A stretch of 32,000 nt of DNA, from positions 2,340,001 to 2,372,000 of the forward strand of contig NZ_CP010904.1 of NCBI RefSeq assembly GCF_001017655.1. The letters run 5' to 3'. Positions 25,556 through 32,000 of this stretch are shown here, piece by piece. The position numbers and the translations under genes are program-made. A model generated the notes under the pieces. It saw nothing but the letters and a program-made list of their open reading frames with translations. It had not been told where the DNA came from and ran no database searches. Every line of letters starts with the position of its first letter. The first letter of the stretch is position 1. Origin of the DNA: Kiritimatiella glycovorans (lineage in GTDB: Bacteria > Verrucomicrobiota > Kiritimatiellia > Kiritimatiellales > Kiritimatiellaceae).

Positions 25556-25615
25556 TGGAGGAGTCGGCGAACATCTTTACCGACCACCCCTGCCCCGAAA
25601 CCCGGGAGTGAAATC

Positions 25616-26509
25616 ATGTTGATACGAGACATACTGGACGAGACGAGCACGGCGATAAGTTTTGAGTTCTTTCCGCCGAAGACGGAGCGGGGATGGGACA
25701 ATCTGTTCCTGAACATCTCCAGCCTGGTGCCGCTGCACCCGGCGTACGTGAGCGTGACCTACGGCGCGGGCGGATCGACCCGCTCCCACACGCACGAGCT
25801 GGTGACGCGGCTGCAGCACGACACCGATCTCACGGTGCTCGCCCACCTGACCTGCGTGGGCTCCACGCGCGACGAGATCGCAGAGATCCTAGACAACTAT
25901 GCGGCCAACGGCGTGCAGAATATCCTGGCCCTGCGCGGCGACGCGCCGAACGACGCGGACGAGCCCGTAGTCACGCCGGAGAACGGCTTCGATCACGCCT
26001 CCGATCTCGTGTCGTTCATCAAGGAACGCCACCCGGAGATGAGCGTGGGTGTGGCCGGGTTCGTCGAAGGTCACCCCGAGACCCCGAACCGGCTCCGCGA
26101 AATCGAGCATCTCAAGGAGAAGGTCGAATGCGGCGCTGATTTCATCATCACACAGCTCTTCTTCGAAAACCGTGATTTCTACGATTTCAGCGAGCGCTGC
26201 AGTCTCGCAGGCATCGACGTGCCGATCATTGCCGGGATCATGCCGATCACTTCGCACAAGAATCTCGAAAAGATGGCCGAACTGGCCGCCGGTTCGCGCG
26301 TGCCGGCCCCGCTGCTCCGAAGCCTGCAGTGGGCGGAAGGCGGCGAGTACGTGCGCAACGTGGGCATCCACTGGGCCACGGAGCAGATCCGCGACCTGCT
26401 GCACCAGGGGGTGGCGGGCATCCATCTCTACACGCTGAACAATTCGTACGCCTCCGCGAACATCTGTGAATCGCTGGGGCTGCGGAGCTACGAAAGGGTG
26501 ACCGCATGA
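25616..26509 (+). CDS. metF: 5,10-methylenetetrahydrofolate reductase
   Basis: ISFEFFPPKT, YVSVTYGAGGSTR, LALRGD and ITQLFF motifs. 297 aa. Confidence 0.93.
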   Translation: MLIRDILDETSTAISFEFFPPKTERGWDNLFLNISSLVPLHPAYVSVTYGAGGSTRSHTHELVTRLQHDTDLTVLAHLTCVGSTRDEIAEILDNYAANGVQNILALRGDAPNDADEPVVTPENGFDHASDLVSFIKERHPEMSVGVAGFVEGHPETPNRLREIEHLKEKVECGADFIITQLFFENRDFYDFSERCSLAGIDVPIIAGIMPITSHKNLEKMAELAAGSRVPAPLLRSLQWAEGGEYVRNVGIHWATEQIRDLLHQGVAGIHLYTLNNSYASANICESLGLRSYERVTA

Positions 26510-27630
26510 TCTCGACGCGCACAGAAAAGCTCACCCCGCTCTACGACTGCCATGTCGAAGCGGACGCGCGCATGACGCCGTTCGGCGGCTATCTGCTGCC
26601 GGTCACCTACGAAGGCATCCTGGCCGAGCACCGCGCGGCGCGCGAAGGCGCCGCACTGTTCGATACGAGCCATATGGGCGAGATCATGATCGAAGGCCCC
26701 GCGGCGATCGCGGATCTGGAGCGCCTGCTGAGCTGCCGCATCTCGTCGCTCAAGCCGGGCCGCTGCCGGTACGGGCTGATGTGCCGCCCCGACGGCGGCG
26801 TGCTCGACGACCTGATCGTGTACCGGTTCGGCAACGAAGCGTTCATGCTGGTCGTCAATGCCGGAACCCGCGTGCGCGACCTCGAATGGATCCGCGGCCA
26901 CACCGCGGCGGAGACGCAGGTGAAGGACCGCTCCGACTCCACCGCGAAGATCGACCTGCAGGGACCGGACGCGCCGCGCATCGCCTGCGCGCTGCTCGAT
27001 CCCGCACCGAACTCGCTCAGTTTTTTCTCCTTCACCCGCACGCATTTCCGGGAACATGAACTGCTCGTCAGCCGGACGGGGTACACCGGGGAGGTCGGTT
27101 TCGAATTTTATATCGACTCCGAAGCGGCCCCCCGGCTCTGGAACGCCTGCCTCCGGCAGGGCGCCGAACCCTCGGGGCTCGGAGCGCGCGATACACTGCG
27201 CCTCGAAGCCGGACTGCCGCTCTACGGCCACGAACTCACGGAAGAACGCAACGCCGGGGAGAGCGGATTCCATTTCGCGATCGACGACTCGAAAGCGTTC
27301 ATCGGCGCGGACGCCATCCGGAAGCGCACCCCCTCCCGCGTCCTCTGCGGCCTCGAACTCGACGGCCGCCGCGCGGCGCGCGAAGGGTCCGCCGTGCTCG
27401 ACACACGCGGAGCACAGGTCGGGACCGTGACCAGCGGCTCGTTCGCCCCTTCCGTCGGAAACGCGGTCGCCCTGGCCTACATCGACCGTCGCGCCGCGGA
27501 CGGGCACTCGGCATTCAAGCTGGACGCCGGGCGGAAGACAATCGCTGCCGAGCGGTGCGACACGCCGTTCTACCGCGGCGGCACCGCTCGCCAGCCCCTG
27601 CAGCGGTTCCTCGAAACGGCACCGGCCTGA
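26506..27630 (+). CDS. gcvT: Glycine cleavage system aminomethyltransferase (T protein)
   Basis: 374 aa, with FDTSHMGEI and GYTGEVGFE motifs. ATGA overlap with the metF stop. Confidence 0.93.
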   Translation: MISTRTEKLTPLYDCHVEADARMTPFGGYLLPVTYEGILAEHRAAREGAALFDTSHMGEIMIEGPAAIADLERLLSCRISSLKPGRCRYGLMCRPDGGVLDDLIVYRFGNEAFMLVVNAGTRVRDLEWIRGHTAAETQVKDRSDSTAKIDLQGPDAPRIACALLDPAPNSLSFFSFTRTHFREHELLVSRTGYTGEVGFEFYIDSEAAPRLWNACLRQGAEPSGLGARDTLRLEAGLPLYGHELTEERNAGESGFHFAIDDSKAFIGADAIRKRTPSRVLCGLELDGRRAAREGSAVLDTRGAQVGTVTSGSFAPSVGNAVALAYIDRRAADGHSAFKLDAGRKTIAAERCDTPFYRGGTARQPLQRFLETAPA

Positions 27631-27681
27631 GCGCGGGGGAATCACCCGTTCCGTCGGACACCAACCCGTAAGGAGATCCCT

Positions 27682-28059
27682 ATGGCACCCGAAGACAGAA
27701 AGTACACGAAGAGTCACGAGTGGGTCCGGACCGAAGACGGCCTCGCGCGCGTCGGCATCACCGATCACGCCCAGCAGGCGCTCGGGGATGTAACGTTCGT
27801 CGAACTCCCGGAACCCGGAACATCCGTAAGCGCGGGGGACGAGTGCGGCGAGATCGAATCCGTCAAGGCCGCCGGCGAACTCTACGCCCCGGTCTCCGGC
27901 ACCGTGGGCGAGGTGAACCAGGCCCTGGAGGACGCCCCCGAAAAACTCAATGAGTCCCCGTTCGAGGAAGGATGGATCTTCACGCTCACGGATTTTGATG
28001 CCGGCTCCGCGGAGCTGATGAACGCCGGGGAATACGCGGCCTACGTCGAGTCACTCTGA
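27682..28059 (+). CDS. gcvH: Glycine cleavage system H protein
   Basis: 125 aa, with the lipoyl-lysine motif EIESVKAA. Confidence 0.95.
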   Translation: MAPEDRKYTKSHEWVRTEDGLARVGITDHAQQALGDVTFVELPEPGTSVSAGDECGEIESVKAAGELYAPVSGTVGEVNQALEDAPEKLNESPFEEGWIFTLTDFDAGSAELMNAGEYAAYVESL

Positions 28060-28072
28060 GCGGATTGTATCT

Positions 28073-29404
28073 ATGAATTATATACCTCATACCGACGATG
28101 ATCGCGCGGCGATGCTGGAGGCCTGCGGGCTTGAGTCCGCGGACGCCCTGTTCGCGGCGATCCCCGAATCGCTCCGTCCGGCCTCGTGGAACCTTCCCGA
28201 GGGAAAATCCGAGCAGGAGATCGCCGGGGCGTTCGCCGGGCTGGCGGCCGCCGGCGAACAAACCCCGCCCTCGTTCATGGGCGCGGGATATTACGATCAC
28301 TACATCCCGGCCGCGGTGGACGAGCTGTCCTCCCGCAGCGAATTCCTCACCGCGTACACCCCGTATCAGCCCGAACTCTCGCAGGGTACGCTGCAGGCGA
28401 TCTACGAATACCAGACGCATATCTGCCGGCTCACCGGCATGGACGCGGCCAATGCCTCGCTCTACGACGGCGGGACGGCGCTCTTCGAGGCCTGCCGGAT
28501 CGCTCTCCGCAAGGGGAAACGCAACCGGATCGTGGTCGACGGCGGCGTTCACCCGCAGCATGTGCGGATGGTCCGCACGCACGCCGAACGGCTCGGAGTG
28601 GAATGGGACGTCCTGCCGGCGCATCCCGGTCCGGCCGACCGCGAGGCCCTGATGGCGCGCGTGGACGGCGACACCGCGGCGGTCGTGGTGCAGAACCCGA
28701 ATTTCTACGGGGCGATCGACGATCATTCCGACATCGCGGCCCGGTGCCGGGAACACAAAGTCCTGCTCATCCAGTCGGTCAACCCCCATGCGCTCACCCT
28801 CCTCAAGACCCCGGGCGAAACCGGGGCCGACATCGCCGTCGGGGAAGGTCAGGGCCTCGGCAATCCGCTGTCGTTCGGAGGCCCGTCCCTGGGCTTCATG
28901 GCCGCGCGCCAAAAGCTCGTGCGCCACATGCCGGGCAGGCTCGCGGGGCGCACGACCGACCGAGACGGGCGCGACTGCTTCGTCCTCACGCTTCAGGCCC
29001 GCGAACAGCACATCCGCCGCCGGAAGGCGACGTCGAACATCTGCACCAACCAGGCGCACTGTGCGCTGCGGGCGCACCTCTATCTCAGCCTCCTGGGCCG
29101 GGAAGGACTGAAACAGACCGCCCTGCTCTGCCACCGGCGCGCGCGGTATGCGCACCGCCGGCTGACGGCGATCGACGGCATCGAAACCGTCACGCCGGAA
29201 CCCTTCTTCCACGAATTCGCGATCGGGCTTCCCCGCGACGCCGGGGAGGCGGTCGAAGCCCTGGCCGCCCGCGGAGTCATCGCCGGCGTTCCGCTGAAGC
29301 TCTACGACCCGGAACATCCCCGCCGGCTGCTCGTCGCCGTCACCGAAAAGCGGTCGAAGCAGGACATCGATCTGCTGGCCGCCCACCTGGAGGACCTGCT
29401 GTGA
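28073..29404 (+). CDS. gcvPA: Glycine dehydrogenase (decarboxylating) subunit 1
   Basis: 443 aa, with the YTPYQPELSQGTLQAIYEYQT motif. Lies upstream of subunit 2. Confidence 0.92.
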   Translation: MNYIPHTDDDRAAMLEACGLESADALFAAIPESLRPASWNLPEGKSEQEIAGAFAGLAAAGEQTPPSFMGAGYYDHYIPAAVDELSSRSEFLTAYTPYQPELSQGTLQAIYEYQTHICRLTGMDAANASLYDGGTALFEACRIALRKGKRNRIVVDGGVHPQHVRMVRTHAERLGVEWDVLPAHPGPADREALMARVDGDTAAVVVQNPNFYGAIDDHSDIAARCREHKVLLIQSVNPHALTLLKTPGETGADIAVGEGQGLGNPLSFGGPSLGFMAARQKLVRHMPGRLAGRTTDRDGRDCFVLTLQAREQHIRRRKATSNICTNQAHCALRAHLYLSLLGREGLKQTALLCHRRARYAHRRLTAIDGIETVTPEPFFHEFAIGLPRDAGEAVEALAARGVIAGVPLKLYDPEHPRRLLVAVTEKRSKQDIDLLAAHLEDLL

Positions 29405-30852
29405 ACCTGATCTTCGACAAATGCCGGCGCGGCGCGCGCGGCGTGAACCCGCCCCCGTGCGACGTCCCCGACGAGCCCGCCATTCCGGACAGCCTGAGAC
29501 GGGCGGAGGACGCGCATCTCTGCGAACTCTCCGAGCCCGAAATCGCGCGCCACTTTCACGAGCTGTCCACCCGTAATTTCGGTGTCGACAGCGGCTTCTA
29601 CCCGCTGGGCTCGTGCACGATGAAATACAACGCCAAGGTGCTCGAAGCGATCGCCCGCCGGCCCGGATTCGCCGGACTCCACCCGCTCCTCGCAAAGGTT
29701 GCCGGAGGCGGACCCTACGCCCAGGGTGCGCTCGAGGTCCTGGCCTCGCTCGAAGAACGCCTGTGCGAAATTACGGGCATGGGCGCCTATACCCTGCAGC
29801 CCCTGGCGGGGGCGCACGGGGAACTGACCGGCATGCTGCTGGTCGCCGCTTATCACCACGCCCGGGGCGATGCCAAGCGCACCGAAGTGCTGATTCCCGA
29901 CGAATCACACGGAACCAATCCCTCCAGCGCCGCGACCGCCGGACTCGAGGTCGTATCGATCCCCACCGATCCCTCGACCGGTATGCTGGACCTCGCCGCC
30001 CTGAAGCAACACCTCAGCGAACGCACGGCGGCGGTCATGCTCACGAATCCGAACACGCTGGGCATTTTCCACGCCCATATCCGGGAGGTCGTGGCCTGTG
30101 CGCACGAGCAGGGGGCGCTGGTCTACTACGACGGGGCGAATCTCAACGCGGTGCTCGGACGCTTCCGCCCCGGCGATGCGGGCATCGACGTGGTGCACGT
30201 CAACCTCCACAAGACCTTCGGAACTCCGCACGGAGGCGGGGGGCCGGGCGCGGGTCCCGTCGGCGTGAACGGACGGCTGGAGCCGTTTCTGCCGGGACCG
30301 CGCCCCGTGCGCTGCGGAGACGGGCAAATACGACTGGAAGACGCCGGCGGGAAATCCATCGGCCCCGTCGCCCCCTTCTACGGTCAGTTCGGGGTCTGCC
30401 TCAAGGCGCTGGCGTATATCGAGCTGCTCGGCGGCGACGGACTGCGTGCGGTGAGCGAGGCGGCGGTACTGAATGCCAACTACCTGCGGCAGGCGTTGAA
30501 GGACGACTACGAGCTTCCCTTCGATCATCCCTGCATGCACGAGTTCGTGCTTTCCGCTTCGAGACAGGCCGCGAACGGCGTTCACGCCACGGACATCGCC
30601 AAGGGTCTGATCGAGGCCGGCATTCATCCGCCCACCGTCTATTTCCCGCTGATTGTCGAGGAGGCAATGATGTTCGAACCGACGGAGACGGAAAACCGTC
30701 CCACGCTGGATCGGTTCATCGACGTCATGCGCGCGCTGGCGCGGCGCGCGAAAGAAGACCCCGGATCGCTGCAGGCCGCACCGCGCAACACCGCGGTTTG
30801 CCGCCCGGACGAGACCGGCGCCGCACGCCGCCCGGACCTGTGTTCCGCGTAA
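29401..30852 (+). CDS. gcvPB: Glycine dehydrogenase (decarboxylating) subunit 2
   Basis: The GTG at 29401 overlaps the gcvPA TGA (GTGA). GSCTMKYN and NLHKTF (PLP lysine) motifs are present. The ORF-track entry 28186..30852 carries a spurious 405-aa N-terminal extension. Confidence 0.9.
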   Translation: MNLIFDKCRRGARGVNPPPCDVPDEPAIPDSLRRAEDAHLCELSEPEIARHFHELSTRNFGVDSGFYPLGSCTMKYNAKVLEAIARRPGFAGLHPLLAKVAGGGPYAQGALEVLASLEERLCEITGMGAYTLQPLAGAHGELTGMLLVAAYHHARGDAKRTEVLIPDESHGTNPSSAATAGLEVVSIPTDPSTGMLDLAALKQHLSERTAAVMLTNPNTLGIFHAHIREVVACAHEQGALVYYDGANLNAVLGRFRPGDAGIDVVHVNLHKTFGTPHGGGGPGAGPVGVNGRLEPFLPGPRPVRCGDGQIRLEDAGGKSIGPVAPFYGQFGVCLKALAYIELLGGDGLRAVSEAAVLNANYLRQALKDDYELPFDHPCMHEFVLSASRQAANGVHATDIAKGLIEAGIHPPTVYFPLIVEEAMMFEPTETENRPTLDRFIDVMRALARRAKEDPGSLQAAPRNTAVCRPDETGAARRPDLCSA

Positions 30853-30941
30853 CCCACAGATACCACAGAGGATACCGGGTTCGGGCTGGGGGACGACCAC
30901 GGATTACGCCGACCGCACGGATGCGGATCTACCTCGCGGAA

Positions 30942-31493
30942 TCACCGGCTGCGGAGCATCCCGGGCAGTGCAGCGCTGGGGGGATAGGCGCAGAATCCGT
31001 TGACCGCATTGACGATGTCGATCATGAGGATCATGACCGACTGCTGGATTCCGGGTGCGGTCGACTCGCGCGGGCCGGCCACATTCAGAACGCACTCCGC
31101 GGGCGGCCCCTCCGCGCCGGACGGTCCGTCGAACCATCGTTTGACCTGCCGGACGGCGGCTTTCCGCTCCGTCTGCCGGAGATTGATATGGAGCCGGGGT
31201 TTTCGGTGAGCGTCCGCGAGGTCGAGGGTTTTCAGACTTCCGCCGGAGGGTTTGCCGAAGGTGAAGACCAGGGTGGCGTCGGAATCGACCACGTTGGCCT
31301 CCGTCCGCGCGGCATAGACCCCGGACTTCATCTCCCGCATCCGGTCGAACCGATCCGGGACCCGTCCTCCCTTCTCCGTCTTGCGCCCGGCGGGGACCCA
31401 GCCTCCGTGGGGCAGCGAGCAATACAGCGCGGCCTCCAGTGCCCCCTGATCGGCCCCGGTCTGCCCGCCGCTGACTATTTTTGCGATCGTCAT
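30942..31493 (-). CDS. SLOG-fold protein resembling the putative molybdenum-carrier / YpsA-like family
   Basis: MTIAKIVSGGQTGADQGALEAAL N-terminus. 183 aa from the second Met of the ORF. Confidence 0.5.
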   Translation of the reverse strand: MTIAKIVSGGQTGADQGALEAALYCSLPHGGWVPAGRKTEKGGRVPDRFDRMREMKSGVYAARTEANVVDSDATLVFTFGKPSGGSLKTLDLADAHRKPRLHINLRQTERKAAVRQVKRWFDGPSGAEGPPAECVLNVAGPRESTAPGIQQSVMILMIDIVNAVNGFCAYPPSAALPGMLRSR

Positions 31494-31544
31494 ATCCCCG
31501 TCAGCATCCCGATTAGGCGAGCGAGATGCAAGCAAGCGATTTCA

Positions 31545-32000
31545 TCAACCGTTCAACCGGCTCGCCGGAGGTTCGACTCCGGAGGTTCCGGGGACATCCG
31601 TCAGCGGTTCGAGGGGGAGCCGGACGGTGAAAACCGATCCCTCGGCCTCCCGGCTTTCGAGGCGTATCTGGCCTGCCATCAGTTCTGCGAGCTGCTGGCA
31701 GATGGCGAGGCCGATGCCGGCTCCGCCGTGCGCGCGCGTGGAGGAACTGTCGCCCTGCGAAAAGCAGTGGAAGATCTCCTCCCGCTGCCGGGCGGGAATG
31801 CCGATGCCGGTATCTTTGACGCGGATCTGCACTGCGGTTTTTCCGGACGTTTCCGGGAGCCCTCCCGCGGCATCGACACTTACCGCGATCTCGCCGGAAT
31901 CCGTGAATTTGACGGCGTTCTGCAGGAGATGGCGCAGGATGAGCGTGAGCGCGCCGGAGTCGCACCCGAACCATTCCGGCATATCCTCCGCGTAGCGCCA
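31545..32000 (-). CDS. Sensor histidine kinase, C-terminal HATPase_c domain (partial; continues beyond the window end)
   Basis: N box LLQNAVKFT, G1 VKDTGIGI, G2 GGAGIGLAI. The frame stays open to position 32000. Confidence 0.85.
   Translation of the reverse strand, partial: WRYAEDMPEWFGCDSGALTLILRHLLQNAVKFTDSGEIAVSVDAAGGLPETSGKTAVQIRVKDTGIGIPARQREEIFHCFSQGDSSSTRAHGGAGIGLAICQQLAELMAGQIRLESREAEGSVFTVRLPLEPLTDVPGTSGVEPPASRLNG

Noticed and set aside
25399-26510. Glycine riboswitch upstream of gcvT, or a ZTP/THF riboswitch upstream of metF
   Set aside because: gcvT overlaps the metF stop, so there is no leader. I could not recognise the conserved cores of these riboswitches in 24180..24354 or 25399..25615. 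A covariance-model scan would be needed to be certain.
26488-30900. ORFs 26488..27768 (minus), 27986..29695 (minus), 29905..30900 (minus) and the N-terminal 405 aa of 28186..30852
   Set aside because: They are shadow frames over gcvT, gcvH, gcvPA and gcvPB. The gcvPB start at 29401 (GTGA overlap) is where the homology-like sequence begins.
1-32000. An entirely novel defence or other multi-gene system hidden in the window
   Set aside because: Every sizeable, compositionally normal ORF could be assigned to a familiar family. The unassigned intervals (506..651, 10636..11097, 13639..13949, 23885..24354, 25399..25615) are too short or too repetitive to hold an unrecognised multi-gene system. The novelty here lies in regulation and mobile-element architecture.

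Overview
High-GC bacterial chromosomal window. My spot counts on single 60-nt lines give about 65-70% GC in the housekeeping genes and about 43-55% in the cas genes. The first ~13.6 kb is an accessory, mobile-DNA-rich island and the rest is ordinary metabolism.

Island, in order:
(1) A perfect 505-bp direct duplication (1..505 = 1170..1674) covers the 5' end and upstream region of a SagB/ThcOx-type nitroreductase gene. It ends exactly at the first CRISPR repeat.
(2) One CRISPR array of 30 repeats and 29 spacers (36-nt repeat GCTGTAATTGACCTCCAATGGCCGATCAGATACGTT) is split into 1675..2498 and 5058..6146. The split is caused by a 2522-bp IS21-family element (istA/istB) inserted inside a spacer with a 7-bp target duplication.
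(3) cas2-cas1-cas9 lie on the minus strand. Cas9 is compact (1010 aa) and there is no csn2 or cas4, which is the type II-C layout.
(4) A predicted plus-strand tracrRNA (10521..10635) is divergent from cas9, and the cas9 and tracrRNA promoters appear to overlap.
(5) A HigA/XRE-type antitoxin gene sits next to a 5'-truncated Gp49/HigB-like toxin gene. The toxin gene abuts an IS256-family element whose transposase gene is itself interrupted by a 144-bp MITE-like insertion.

Housekeeping part: a Tat-signal Gfo/Idh/MocA oxidoreductase; a 1012-aa secreted HEAT-repeat/ThuA fusion protein; a fructokinase / sucrose-phosphate synthase / sucrose synthase operon; a C1 operon (pterin-binding methyltransferase-like gene, metF, gcvT, gcvH, gcvPA, gcvPB); a SLOG/Mo-carrier-like gene; and a partial histidine kinase.

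The strongest observations are these. Every CRISPR repeat contains TTGACC-N17-TACGTT, a sigma70-like promoter oriented toward cas2. The IS21 boundaries can be reconstructed to the base. The insertions are nested (MITE within IS256, next to the toxin gene). Phased 6/9-nt repeat tracts with small upstream ORFs flank the first gene of the C1 operon.

I do not see evidence for a wholly new class of defence system. The notable system is a compact type II-C Cas9 locus with unusual regulatory and mobile-element features. All homology calls come from motif recognition by eye; no database search was run.
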